Of a DNA stretch of 64,000 nt, positions 40,901 through 54,475 are shown in pieces. Both the position numbers and the translations under genes were made by a program. The notes under the pieces are model-generated. The model was not told the origin of the DNA and did not search any database. It saw nothing but the letters and a program-made list of their open reading frames with translations. Within the stretch, counting starts at the first letter, position 1. Every line of letters starts with the position of its first letter. Where the stretch lies: NCBI GenBank assembly GCA_013265495.1, contig MU058584.1, positions 3,166,508 to 3,230,507 of the forward strand, written 5' to 3'. The stretch comes from Vicugna vicugna (lineage: Eukaryota).

Positions 40901-41324
40901 ACCTCTTGCAGAAAATGTTTTCCTCTGCCCTGGAGTCTCCCACCTGCCTGTCAGCGTGGGTGAGGCAGGCTAGGCGGCTCTGGGTCTCAGAGCGGGGCTT
41001 CTCTGCCCCTCCGGGCCTTCCTCCGACCTCAGGGTGGAGTGGGGAAGGTCTCGGTGTCTGAGCAAACAGGGGTGAGTCTGGAGCTGAGTTCCCTTTGATC
41101 TGCGGCCCTCCTCAGGCAGGTGGCTGGTCACAGAGCAGCGTCCCGGCCTCTCTCAGAGGCGGTGAGTGCCTCACCGGTCCTGCCTCAGGAGCAGGGCAAG
41201 TAGGTAGATAAGGACTTAGGCCTGTTTTTCCTTTCAGACGCTTGTACGTCCCCCTTTACTTTCTGCTGCCCTGCCTTTATTGTTAGCAGTTACAAAGTGA
41301 CCACATGCTATGTACTTTGCTGTA

Positions 41325-41330
41325 AATAAA
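41325..41330 (+). terminator. Polyadenylation signal AATAAA, probable distal UCK2 site
   Basis: Context tgtactttgctgtaAATAAAgactg, with TGTA motifs just upstream. Further AATAAA hexamers at 41649 and 41675. Confidence 0.7.
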
Positions 41331-43330
41331 GACTGAATGGGAAAGAACCAACTCTTGCCTTCTCTGTGGTGCTCGGGCCGGAGGAGCTGGGACTGGGGCC
41401 AGTGGGCTGACAGGAGGGTGGCGCCTCCAAGCCTTTGCCGGGTGGACGCCGGCCCGCGGCCTGCTGTCGCTGAGCCTCCCCGCCCCAGCCTGTGCCCAGG
41501 CCTCCGTGTGCACTGAAGCATCCCCCGATGTTCCCTGAAAGCCGGGCCGAGGTCTCTGGGACGTGCTGGCGCCGCTCCCACTGAGGTCTGGTTCCTGCAG
41601 TCTCCTTCCTCTCTGCCCTCCCTTCACCATCCCTTCCTCAGCTTTTACAATAAAAAGCCAAAACAAACCCTCTGAATAAAGAAAACTTTATTGAGATTGG
41701 GTGGAGGAAAGTTTACATTGTGACAGTGTGAACAACTTCAGGTTGAAAACACAGACGTATGTACATTCGTGTGTGATGACCCTGAATGAACATAACTATT
41801 TAGTTGATGTTCAGACATCCATCAATGCAGATAATCATCCACCTCCTTGTTTTCAAAAGATCTAGGTCACCCACCATCAATCTCAAAAGTTGGCTTTTAT
41901 GCTCTTCGTAGTATTCCCCCAGTCCCCACCCCCCCCAACCTCTCCACTCCCCAACCTCTCCACCCTTCTCAGCTCACCTGTCATTCCTTCACCCACTGCC
42001 TCTTGAGCACCAATGACCTTCGTGCAGAGCCGCCCTGCTGTTTCCAGCCACTTGTTCCAAGGACAGATACAAACCGTCAAGGAATTCAGCAGATTGAAAA
42101 GAACTTGCATTTAAGAGGAACACACCCCCAGAAGGCTGCTGTACTTTTAAATAACACTTAGGTGTCTCTACAGGCGCTAGTATTACCAAACTGGACTTTT
42201 ACCTGCAGGCAGATGGAGACCGTGAGTCAGTGTCATGCAGGTAGTGGCTGTGTGAGCGGGTTTCCTCTGTGCCTTGTCCTCACGTCTCCCCACTCTGTGG
42301 ACCACCTTTGGAGTTGGATGCTTTGCTTGGGACTCCGCTCATTTCTCAGAACTGAGTTCTGCTTCCTTGTAATTGGAGGAACAGCGAATCCTTGAGTGAA
42401 TTTGCTTTCTCCTCACCCATCTGTCACGACATCCTCTGAGCTACCTTCTGCCCTGCAGCTGGGAGACACCCGTTTGACGAGTGAGGGCTGCCTTAATCAA
42501 AGTATTCGTCAGCTCAGATGAAGAGAAACCTGTTAGGACCTGCCCAAAGCTTTCAAAAACAGGAGAAGAAGGAGACCTGGGATGCGGAAGAGTCCGCTTT
42601 GAGAGGGTGGGACCACAGGGGCTGATTTCTGTCATCATCTGGTGCTGGGGGATATTTAGATTTCTACCTTAAAGCAGAGTTTAAACATTATTTGCTAAAA
42701 ATCCAGAATGAAGTTAACCTCCTTGCTAAATCTTTGGCTATATGCACATATATGCTTATATATCTTTTCAATAAACCATGAACTAAATATAATTTTAAAA
42801 AAAACCCAGCAGAGTCAGTTTGAGCTAGGACTAAATCCAGACATTTCTTCTCAAATGAATAGACGGAGGTAAAGGGTAGAAGGTGAAACTGCGTCTTGCA
42901 CAGACTTATTTTTCATACAGTCCGGCCCATGCTTGGCAACCCCTTTTACACTGAGGATCTACTTGGACTAGATCAGCAGTGTCCACGATGTGTTGCCCCA
43001 GATGAAATGGCCTGCTGACTGCCCCGGGCTTGGAGAGGCCAGCATGGCCTCTGCCTGACACATTCACATGCCCCGCGGCGTTTTTACCTGACAAGCCCAA
43101 GATGCTCTCACTAAGGGGATTACAAGTTTGGATGTGTCCGGATGCCCCTTTATCTGTGAATGCCATGTACTTTCTTTCTAGTTCCTGAAATTCCCAACTT
43201 TCGTGATAACATTCACAGACTTCAAACTGGCCTGCAAAGTATGTAAGGAATGTGATCCTTCTCCAGTTTTACCGAAGAGAAAACGGAGTTAAGAAGGACA
43301 AGCTGTGGGATGAGCATGCCTGGTGCGTGC

Positions 43331-43344
43331 CTGCCCTCTAGTGG
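43331..43344 (-). promoter_or_regulatory. CTCF consensus motif
   Basis: Reverse complement is CCACTAGAGGGCAG, a close fit to the CTCF core. Motif only; binding not shown. Confidence 0.6.
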
Positions 43345-45257
43345 TGGGATTCAGTTCTCAACAGGAGGGTTGCGGGACAGACGTCATTTGCTTGTCTACC
43401 GTGGTTTCTAAGCGTTGTCAGAGGGCCCTAGAAGTCTAAATACTGATGTGATTTCTTTATTGCTTTCTTTTTCTTTTTTTCCTGGGATATATTTTTTAAA
43501 GTCTTCCTTAGGGCAGGCAGGAGTATCAACTCCCGCCTCTTAGTTTCTCTGCTGCCGCAGTCAACTGCAGTGGTGCTCAAGCTGTCCATCATCCTCCCTG
43601 GGACCTGATAAAGATGCTCTTGTGACCCAGTCCTGAGAATGCTGATTCTGCAGGTCTAGGGAGAGAACAAACTACAGGTGAATCGGATGCGTGGGAGACT
43701 TGAAAACCAGAGGCCTTGTGTTTGTAATCTTGTAGACTGTTTTAAATCTGTGGTGTTCACAGCACGGGGGAGCCCGTTTCTCCCCAAAATGTCATCTGTG
43801 CTGTTTAAAGCCCTTCCCTGCCTGCATGGAGACTGGAAAGGGGGGCGTTAAGGCTCGTTCAAGTCCAGGGCTGCCCTTTTAGGTTGAAAGGACCACCCCC
43901 CACCCCGCCACCGTGGAATCAGTAGACATTAGACTATGTCTGCCCTGGGAAAGCTCCTAGGAGGTTCTGGGAGGAGCGCAAGTGTCTAGAAGTTATCTAG
44001 TCCAGTGCTTCAAGCATGTTTTAATCATGGAGCCCTTCATGAAGTCTTCCCTGGAGTCTCAATGTAGAAATGGGAAAGCAGCTTCTCCTTTGAGAGTCCT
44101 CAGGGTTTGCTTGAAACCACAGGAGTCCAAGCTCTTTATTTGACAGATGAGGAAACGAGGGCCCAGAGGTAAAGTGACTGAGGCAAGATCCTACCATGGG
44201 GCTCTAGGTCTGCAGTGGACTCGATTAGGGACTCAGTAAGTCCTTCAGAGCGTCTCCGGGGAGGTGTCAGCGGCAGAAGTTGGGATGGCCCACTGCTATC
44301 GGGGTGACTCTTGGGCAGCTATAGGAGGAAGGCCCTGGTAATGCACACTTTGTTGGTGGAAGGCAGGAGAATGAAGAGAGAGAATCGAACACCTTTTAAA
44401 AATTACATTTGGTGAGTCGGGTGTCAGCTTGAGTTCCCTAAAAGGGATTCCAGCTTCTGCTAAATGATTTCAGGGTCATCTGGCTTCAAATAAAAGGGGA
44501 GGCAGCCCATTGGAGAAGGCACTCCGGAGTTGACAGACCTAGTTTAAATGTTGACTCCTTCACATAATGGCCTAGGCAGGCTGTGCCCCAGGGGTAACAC
44601 CCCTGATTCGCCCAGACTGTTGAGTGAGGTGGAGAGGCAGGGCTGCCCGAGTGTCAAGTGCCCAGGGAGTGATGGCTAGCTCTGTGCTCTTAGTAGTTGG
44701 GTTGGACGGGTGAGACCGAGTCCCTGGAAGGCCTTTTTCTTCTCTGTAGCCCAGGGAAGGATCTGTAATTAGATTTCTCTATAGATGCTGCTCAAGCCCT
44801 GTCCCCAGGCCAGCCTCATCTGGTGCCAGAGGAGGGTTTAGCAAAACCAAAATACGGTTTTTAAAAAATTGAAGTTTAGGGGAAAAAACCAAAAGAATCT
44901 GAAAAGAATACATATATATGTAACTGAATCACTTTGCAGAAACTAACACAACATTGTAAATCAACTATACTTCATTAAAAATAAATAAATAAAAATAAGC
45001 AACGAGGATTAAGAAAACAACAAGCAATAACTACCACCCATCACGGTGAGGAAAAATTGAATGTATATACGGAGTCGTGGCAGTACTCAACTGTGCAGCT
45101 ACGGGTAGGAAAAAAAAAGAATTTACAATGAGGAAGAGAGGACTTCCATGATCATTTCTTCCTCCACCTAATTTTCCAGACTTGTCTGATTTTTTTTATA
45201 ATGCCTGCATTCTGTTTTTTATATAAAAACAATAAAGCTATGTTTGAACATTATAAA

Positions 45258-45690
45258 AATTGAAGTTTAGTTGATTTACAATGTTTTGTTAGTTTCTAGT
45301 ATACAGCAAAGTGATTCAGTGATATATATATACATAAGATTAACAGATACACAGTTATATTCTTTTTCATATTCGTTTTGATTACATGTTATTACAAGAT
45401 ATTGAATGTAGTTCCGTGTGCTATACATTAGGATCTTCTTGTTTAGTTAATATATGGTAATATCTGTTTATCTCAGACTCCTAATTTATCCCTGCCCCAC
45501 GCCCCTTTCCCCTTTGGTAACCACAAGTTTGTTTTCTATGTCTGTGAGTCTCTTTCTGTTTTGTAAATAAGTTCATTAGTATCTTTTTTTTTTTTTTTAG
45601 ATTCCACATGTAAGTGACATCATACTTGTCTTTCTCCGTCTGACTTACTTCACTTAGTGTGATAGTCCCTAGGTCTGTCCGTGTTGCAGA
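45258..45690 (-). mobile_element. L1 3' end
   Basis: ttgaagtttagttgatttacaatg...agattccacatgtaagtgacatcat...tgacttacttcacttagt. Confidence 0.85.
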
Positions 45691-45929
45691 GACCTACCCA
45701 GCAGGGTTCAGAGCTTCAGCCCCTGGGGCTGTGGGCCTCCCGGACTGAGATCCACCCATTTCTGGGCCTCCTGTCAACCCTGACACCTCCCCTGGTGTGA
45801 GGCTCTGAGATGGGAATTGGATTCAGGGATGGAATAAGGAAGGAAATCTATTGTACGTATTGTTTAGCAATTTAAAATGGATCCAAATACTTGATGGTAT
45901 GTTTTTTTTAGACCCTCAAAATGGTTTTT

Positions 45930-46425
45930 GGTCTTTTTTTGTGCCATGGACCCTTCTAGCAGACTAAGGACGCTTTCTCAGAATAATGCTTTTACTTACA
46001 TATATGAAAAAACATCCAAAACACATCCAAGGAAATAAATTACATTGAAACACAGTTATGAAAGTATAAAACCAAACCTGGGATACAGTAACATATGTGC
46101 TTCTTTACTGACACATCAAATAGCATGATCCACTGGCAGGTCTAATAACTACCACAACTGTGTCGCAGTAATGAACCTAAGTGGTATTTTGAAATTCTAC
46201 AACAACTGTAACGTGTTATGAAAATAACTCTGATTTCTATGGCTGACAAACAAGTCCAGCTGCAACTAACATTCCTCGGGTTTGTTGCCTACATTCATAA
46301 CGGAAGGAGTTGCCGAAATTTCAGTTAGAGGCTAGTGAAAATAAAGCTGCAAATTTTAAAGTTCACAGACCACCTGAATTCTGCCCAAAGCTTCTGTCCT
46401 TAATCCTTAGATTAAGAACCCCTGG
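45930..46425. mobile_element. hAT-Charlie DNA transposon fragment (Charlie1-like)
   Basis: gtgccatggaccc...ttctcagaataatg...aattacattgaaacacagttat...ttaagaacccct. Confidence 0.6.
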
Positions 46426-46579
46426 CCTAGATCCAAATCTTCCAGGTCACCTGGTGACTGAGGTAGACAGAGGTGTCCGCTTTTGCTGTGTGTCTTGGGT
46501 GAGTCAGGCCCCAGCCACAGCACTGGGCTTCTCGTGTGACAGGGACCCAAATATAATGGAAAATGTTCTTGGAACCATA

Positions 46580-46830
46580 TTTAAAAGAGTAAAAAGAACA
46601 TGAAATTAATTTTAACATTATATTTTATTTAATCCATATATCCAAAATACTATTATTCTAACACATAATCTATGTAAAAATTATTCATGAGAAAGTTTGC
46701 TTTTTTTTTTTCATACAACGTCTTTGCTGTTTGGTGTTTATTTCACACTCAGTACATCTCTATTTGGACTGGACACATTTTGAGGGCTCCATGGCTCATG
46801 GCTACTGGCTGCCTTATTGGACAGCACAGA
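46580..46830. mobile_element. MER3-like hAT element
   Basis: gaaattaattttaacattatattttatttaatcc...ggctactggctgccttattggacagcacag. Confidence 0.6.
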
Positions 46831-49800
46831 TCAACTTAGAATTATATTGTGTCTGGACCAGGCAAGGGCCCCAGCTGAATATTCTCCTTTTTTTTTTCAA
46901 AGGGGATACTGGCCCCCAGAGAAAGATGCGATCTGTCCAAGATCATAGCTGGTGAGCTAGAGAGCCACGACTTAGTGAGGCTCTGGTCTAGTGGTCATGC
47001 TGCCCTTCAGAAAAAATGACCTTTTTCCAGCCCTGGGTCCTGAAGGCCTTGAGTCCTTCAGGAGAGGCCCACATGTTGGAGGTGCCCCTGCTGAAGAGTG
47101 ATACCAGGAAAGCAGCTAAAGAGAGAAAATCTCAGGGGGAGTAAAGGGCTCAAGGGAGATTGGGCAACGGCAGAAGGGGGTCACTTCACAGCAGGAAGAA
47201 TATGGGTTGGTTCAGCAATGCATGAGGATAAAATGGTATATTGAAGGTGGAGGGAAATTAGAAGGAAACCATCAGTAAGGAATGTAGTGAGGCAAAATCT
47301 TTGAGATGATTTTGAATAGATGGGAGCACATTAAAAATCCATTTATCCCACAACAGTCAAAAGGAGGTGATTGGAAATGACTGGTAATGAAAAGAGAAGA
47401 GGGGGAAATCCCAGAATCCCCTGGTTCTTTCCTAAAAATAGATCAGCGAAGACACCAGGGAGTCATCTTCACCACAGCTCAGTCACCTACCGCTGCGCTC
47501 CGGCCAGGTACTCTGTGTGTGTGTAATACGTTGTCTCTCCTGCAGGGGGAGCTCCTTGAGAGCCGAGAGCATGTCTGGCTCCTCTTAGTATTCCCCAGTG
47601 CTTGGCATGACATAGTTCTGCCATGGAGCAGGTGTTTGACAAAGTTTTGAAAAGCAAAGGGGAATAAAATTGTGAAGGGGAGAGACCCTGCATGCACTGC
47701 AGGATAGGCACAGAGTCAGGGAACCTGCTGTCTGGTCTCAGCATCCACCCTTTCCTTGGGATGTTGGCAAGTCACATCACTTCTCCTGCCGGTCCTCTCC
47801 CTCTGAGAAATGGGAGCATCCTCTCTGCCCTCCTCAACTTAATGGTTTCGTAGAGCACGTGAAAGAACTGCGGTAACATGAATTAGAAACAATAAATACT
47901 GTCATGCGAACATAAAGTGTGTTACTTATTTTCAGTGGAGAGTGTAACTGGGCCACAGTGGTATTAAGAAATTATCAAGTTGGACTCAGACCAGTGGGTT
48001 GATGTCGAAAATAAGATGTCTGTAAGTAGCCAGAAAGGAGGCGAGAGCAAATGAAAACAGCGAAGTGGTTTCGTGGCGTGGAAGCCTGTGTCAGCCACTC
48101 GGAGAGCGTGGCTTTGGGGCGGTGCCTGTGACCTTACAGGAAGCACGAAGACCACGTTCGTTTCTTTGGTCAAAGTGTCAACCTGTCACGAGGTCCAATC
48201 TTCCCAAAGTCTGACAAGTAGCTCACCTTACCAAGCATCGTTCAAAGAGGCTCTGCCAATTAGGGTTAGGTTCAGTTGCAAATAACAGAAAAACAAACCA
48301 ATTAAACTGCCCAAATAATTAGCTTTAAGCAAGGTAGTTAATTTTTCCCTTAAAAGAAGCCTTGGAATAGGAAGCCCAGGGCATATACGGTGGTTTCATG
48401 GCTGCAGCTAGCATATAGAAATTCCATTGATTTCTGTATACTGGTCTTTCATCTTGCAGCCTTGCTAAACTCACCAATGTTAATACTACTTTTAGAGTAG
48501 TTTCAGGAGTGAGCAGAGATAAAACACTGGTTCAATCTACCACATTCAACCAGAAGATCCTGAGATTTCTGTGTCCACCGTCATCATCTCTACAGGTTTG
48601 GAAATTACACGTTGTGTTTTTCCTACTTTAGTGATTATTGTTTAACATGTATGCTTGACTTGAAAAAAATCTCTAATCTCCTACTGAACAATATGAGAGC
48701 TTTGGAAAACCTTAACTCTGATCATGCTGTCTAGCTTACATGTTAGTGTTGCTAAGTTTTTATTTCCACCTGGTTTTTATATCTTTTAAGTTAGTTATCA
48801 TTGTTTTTTTAAAGCATCATTATTGTTTCATGCTGTAGGTGCTTGTTTATATTTACCCAGACTTTTATTAATGCCTTTGTTCACTATGTCATTTTGTGCT
48901 GTTCTACATTCTGGATTCAGTTTTCCTCCCAAAGTACATCCTTGAGAGATTCTTTCACAGACGGTGTTAACGGCATGCTCTCTGTTGGAAAATGTCTACT
49001 TTCACTTTTGAGTAATAATTTAGCTGTATATTTCCTTTCAACATTTTGAACATTTTTTTTCTACTTAAAAAAAATAGACTTCTCTTCATCTTTGATGTTC
49101 TGCAGTTTGCCATGAAGTGTTGAGATGTGGATCTAGTTTTATTTATCCTGCTTCTGCTTCCTGATTGGCCAGATTTGTGTGTGTCATATATTCTAGAGTG
49201 TCCATAGCTATTATATTTTCTGCATGCTGCCTCACCTTTCTCTCTATTCTCTCCCTCTGGATCTGTAGGACCCTTTATTCTTTCCTCTAAGTCTCTTTCA
49301 TTCTATTTTTTTCTCTTTTTAAACTACATTTTTGCAAAGTTTCTCAGACCCATTTCCAAGTCGATTATCTCTTCAGTCAGGTTCAGTCTGCTGTCTAAAA
49401 CTTATCCATTGAACTTTTAATTTCATTGACCATATTTTTAGCTTTTAGAAAAACTATTTTATCTTATTACAAATCTGTTTGTTGATTTTTCTATAGTGTT
49501 TTATCCTTATGTTTTCAATTTCTATTCTTGGCCCCTATAAAAATTGTTAATTTTCTTATGTATTCAACTATGCATTAAGCACAATTTTTTTGTATTTTAG
49601 CTAGACTTTCTAGTATTTTATAGCAAGAGAGTTTTCTGCTTATCTGAGTCACAATAGTGAAGAAAAAAAAAGTTTCCTACTGTTTTTTTTCAAACTTTTT
49701 TTTCTCCAGAAAAGTTCTGCTTTGTCTACAGGGTCAAATGTGACTTGGAGTTCTAAAACATCCACTGTTGTAAGTATGTGAGTGTGCTGGTGTGCTGGGA

Positions 49801-51414
49801 TGCCTGAATGTGGGGTGCTGTTCCTCCAAATTAAACTGTAGGCGCTTTAAGTTCAGGAGCTATGAAATGCGCTTTTCTTGTATGTTCATGGGCTCCTGCA
49901 GAGTACTTGTCCACATGATCGATGGCCATCTATTTGACTGTTTTTTTGGAGCCAGGCACAGGGCTAGCATGAGATGCATACGTATTTTTAAAGGGTGTCA
50001 TGGAATCTCTGTCTGAGTCGTTCCTGACCGGAAGGGTGAAGGTGTGGCTCTGCTGCCAGATTGGTCTGGGAAACTCAGCTCCACCTGTGGGCTGTTTCTC
50101 CTCGAACTGGCCACGAGATGGCGAGAGTGAGCCACAGCACAGTCAAGTCCTGCTCCAGCCGTCAGAGCAGCTGGAAGACGACAGTCAATTCAAAAACATT
50201 GAACATCTCTCCTGTGCCAGACACTGTGCCAAGACTTCTGCCCTCAGGGACCTCATATCTGGCCAGTGGGCACTCATGTAGAGAAATAAGGCTTATCCAA
50301 GGCAAGATGGAATGTGCACAAAGGTTCAAGTTCCTAGACCCAGGGAGTCTCAAGGAGGAAGTGCTTCCCTGCAGGGCGCAGGTTGGTCAGTCTACGAGGC
50401 GGAAGCCTCCAGGATCGTGTCACCCCCTCCCAGTCTCCCCGCCAACCTCTTCTTAACAGCTGCATCGTGCGTACGTATCTCATCATCGCCATCGGGGTTT
50501 CCTCCTAGGCCTCGCTTTGCGGTTGGTTGATGCATGCGGTTGTGTGACCCTGGGTTAACTGTTCTCTAAGCCTCAGTTTCACTTCGGGATCACAACATCG
50601 GTCTTCACCGCCTCCCAGAGCTGTCGCATATTTAAGTGAAGTTTTAAAGGTGAAGATGCTTTGAAAATCCCTAAGCGCCAAATACTTAGGAGGATTAAAA
50701 TAACCGTTCACAAACATTTCTCTAAAACTCCTTCAGGGAAGGTTTAGGCCCGCTTGGGCATTTGTTGAATGGATTAGAATGTAAGCTTTTCCGGAAGAGG
50801 AGGCCCAAGCTGGTTGATGTGCGCCAGGCTGGTTCCGGGCCAAGGAAACGGCAGTGTCACTGACGTGCTGGGCTGAGCCTCGTGCTCTGATGCTTCCTGG
50901 GCCTGATGCAGCCTGGCATCGGAGAAGGGGGCTCTCTCGTAGCAGTGCCTGTCTCAGGCTCTGTGGGAGGGACCTACCTGCCTTAACCTGGGGAGAAGGG
51001 CTGCTTTCCTTCCCCCAGCAGGGGCCTTTAGGAAGATGCCACTGGGAGTGGAGTTGGGCTGTAAAGGCTGAGTGAGACGCCGTCCTAACCCCTGAAACAA
51101 GCTCCCAAGGGGAAAAGCCCCTGTCATGTTTCAGGACCAATGTGATAGAGGAACCTGTGTTTCGTGGGGGCTTTCCCATCCTCACTCACTGTTGAGGGAA
51201 GGGAATCGATGACTCCATTTGATTGGAGATTCCAGGTACCTATCCATGCTCCATGGGAAGCGGGGAGAGGAGGACAGCCTGGAGACAGGTCATCATGCTC
51301 ATCTTCCCGCTGCACCCAGGAACACCCCAGGGGGATTCTTGGGTCCCTCTGCCACCAGAGTCTATTTTAAAAACAATGTGTTAATCGATTTGGTCACAAT
51401 CAGTGTTTTTTTAC

Positions 51415-51712
51415 AGAAACAGACTCACAGACATAGAAAACAAATTTGTGGTTACCAAGGAGAGAAGGGAGTGGGAAGGGATAAACTGGGAGTTTGAGAT
51501 TTGCAGATACTAACTAATATATACATAAAATAGATAAACAATAAGTTTACGCTGTATAGCACAGGGAACTATATTCAATATCTTGTAGTAACTTCTGGTG
51601 AAAAAAGAATATGAAAATGAATATATGTATGTTCATCTATGACTAAAGCATTGTGCTGTACACCAGAAGCTGACACAACATTGTTAACTGACTATACTTC
51701 AATAAAAAAATA
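51415..51712 (+). mobile_element. L1 3' end containing the left breakpoint of the 2139-bp duplication
   Basis: agaaacagactcacagacatagaaaacaaa...gactatacttcaataaaaaaa. Confidence 0.85.
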
Positions 51713-52323
51713 TATAAACACACACACACACACACACACACAAAACCATCAGTGTTTTTAAAACTTCATTTGAAGTGAGATTTCCATGCAGACATTTTGA
51801 GGGGTGTGTGTTTAGGGAATGGGTGGGGGTGGGAATGAGCATCAAAAGAAAGTCTTTTTTTTAATTTATTTTTAAAGGGGAGGTGACTTTTTAACAATCA
51901 CCTCTCCTTTTTTGGGGGGTGTGGGAAGGTAATTAGATTTTTATTTATTTATTTAACGGAGGTACTGGGGGTTGAATCCAGGACCTCATGCATGCTAAGC
52001 ATGCGGTCTACCACTGAGCTATACCCTCCCCTAGGAAACTGTGTTTTAGAAGAGCTTTTGCTCCGAGATGATTCTAATTAGTTCTCTGCTGTTTTAGAGA
52101 TTTGTGTATTCCTGCAAAGATGACTCAGTAAGCAACACCACCATATTTTATAATACAGCTTCTGGACACACTCAGATCTGGAGACTTTTCTCTTGGTTGC
52201 ATTGTGCGTGTGCGTGTGCGTGTGTGTGTGCACGTGCCCTGGCCAGGACAGATCCTACAGTCACGTTATCTCCTAATCTCCTAAATGCTCCCTGCATCCT
52301 GCAACATGCTAGGCTTCAAAACT

Positions 52324-52336
52324 CCACCAGGGGGCG
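52324..52336 (+). promoter_or_regulatory. CTCF consensus motif (copy 1)
   Basis: CCACCAGGGGGCG. Motif only. Confidence 0.6.
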
Positions 52337-54462
52337 TAAATGAAATTTCTCCTAATCTTTTCATTCAACAACCGTGAATCTAGCCCGTGCTGTACGTCTG
52401 TCACTGAAATACATTACTTTGTTTCAAAATTCAATTGACTTCTGTGAGGTGGATTATATTACCCCACTTTCCATAGAGGGAGCCGAGGTTTAGGAGAGGT
52501 TAAGTAAATTACGCCGAGTCAGCAATGCATGGAAATGCTGGAATTGGTGTCCGTGTTTTCTCCATCGCAGAGTTTAAACACCCTGCTGCCGCCTCTGTCC
52601 TGCTGTCCCAACGGCTGAACTCTGGCCTCCCAGCCTCCCCGACCTGGATATCTGTGCAAGCGCTCCTACTGCTTTCTGCTAAGCTAGTCCCCGCGAGGTC
52701 CCTGCGCCCCTGACCAGGAAACGATTATCTCGGCCACCTGGCCTGGGGCCTCGTGTATAGCATCCCCGCTTAGGACAGCATCCATCATATCTGCATTTAA
52801 AGGCCCTCATCACTGACGCCTCCGACTCCAGCTGCAGCTTTTTGTGTGTGTGTGTGTGTGGGGGGTATTTCTTTTTTTTTTTCTTTTTCAACTTTATTTT
52901 TATTTTAAAAAGTTTTGGGGGAAGGGAATTAGGTTTATTTATTTACTTACTAATGGAGGTACTGAGGATTGAACCTGGGACCTTGTGCACTCTGAGTCAT
53001 ACCCTACCCCCAAACCCCCTTTTTTTCTTTCTTGAGGTGCACAGTGTTGTGTTAGTTTCTGGTGTAAGCATACTGACTCAGTGATACTTATGTATTCGTT
53101 TCCATGTTCTTTGTCATTATAGGTTATTACAGGATACTGAATATAGTTCCCTGTGCTGTACAGCAGGACCTTGCTGTTTACCTATGTTATATATAGTAGT
53201 TTGTATCTGCTAATCCCAAACTCCCCACTTATCCCTCCCCTACCCACCCCAACCAACATGGATGGACCTAGAGATTCTCAGACTAAGTGAAGTAAGTCAT
53301 GGAGAAAGGCAAATATGATATCACTGTGGATATACGCGGAATGTAAAAAAGTGACACTAATGAACTTAATTATAAAACAGAAACACACTCATAGAATCCG
53401 CAGTTCTTTCCACTGGCTCTGTGGCTTGGCCCCAGTCTCCCTTCAGTGGCTCCTCGAAACTCACAGCAGCTGAGAGGGGAGGGGTCTTCTCTAGACTGTT
53501 TCCAACCAGCAGTCCTCTGGTCAGGCCTGCCAGGGAAGGAGAGCGGGGCCCTGAGCGATGCTGCCTGGGGAAGCCAGGACCTGATACTGTCCTGAGTGAA
53601 AGGACAGAAGACTAAGGTTTGCCAGGAGGAGAGCGGACCACAGAATCCTGTATTAAGGATTTGGCTGAGACACGATCAGGGGTGAAGGGGACAGCCCATG
53701 GGTTAGAGCTGGTGTTACTCAGGGCTTTGGAAGAACCTGAACTAGCTATTTTCTCGGCAAAGTTTACGCTTAAAAAAATGACTAAAGCATTGTGCTGTAC
53801 ACCAGAAGCTGACACAACATTGTTAACTGACTATACTTCAATAAAAAAATATATAAACACACACACACACACACACACACAAAACCATCAGTGTTTTTAA
53901 AACTTCATTTGAAGTGAGATTTCCATGCAGACATTTTGAGGGGTGTGTGTTTAGGGAATGGGTGGGGGTGGGAATGAGCATCAAAAGAAAGTCTTTTTTT
54001 TAATTTATTTTTAAAGGGGAGGTGACTTTTTAACAATCACCTCTCCTTTTTTGGGGGGTGTGGGAAGGTAATTAGATTTTTATTTATTTATTTAACGGAG
54101 GTACTGGGGGTTGAATCCAGGACCTCATGCATGCTAAGCATGCGGTCTACCACTGAGCTATACCCTCCCCTAGGAAACTGTGTTTTAGAAGAGCTTTTGC
54201 TCCGAGATGATTCTAATTAGTTCTCTGCTGTTTTAGAGATTTGTGTATTCCTGCAAAGATGACTCAGTAAGCAACACCACCATATTTTATAATACAGCTT
54301 CTGGACACACTCAGATCTGGAGACTTTTCTCTTGGTTGCATTGTGCGTGTGCGTGTGCGTGTGTGTGTGCACGTGCCCTGGCCAGGACAGATCCTACAGT
54401 CACGTTATCTCCTAATCTCCTAAATGCTCCCTGCATCCTGCAACATGCTAGGCTTCAAAACT

Positions 54463-54475
54463 CCACCAGGGGGCG
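54463..54475 (+). promoter_or_regulatory. CTCF consensus motif (copy 2)
   Basis: CCACCAGGGGGCG, duplicated copy. Motif only. Confidence 0.6.

Larger units (their letters stand above)
37610..41350 (+). other. UCK2: UCK2 3' UTR (long form, end approximate)
   Basis: Follows the stop codon, has no recognisable interspersed repeats, and ends near AATAAA at 41325 with upstream TGTA elements and downstream GT/T-rich sequence. Confidence 0.75.
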
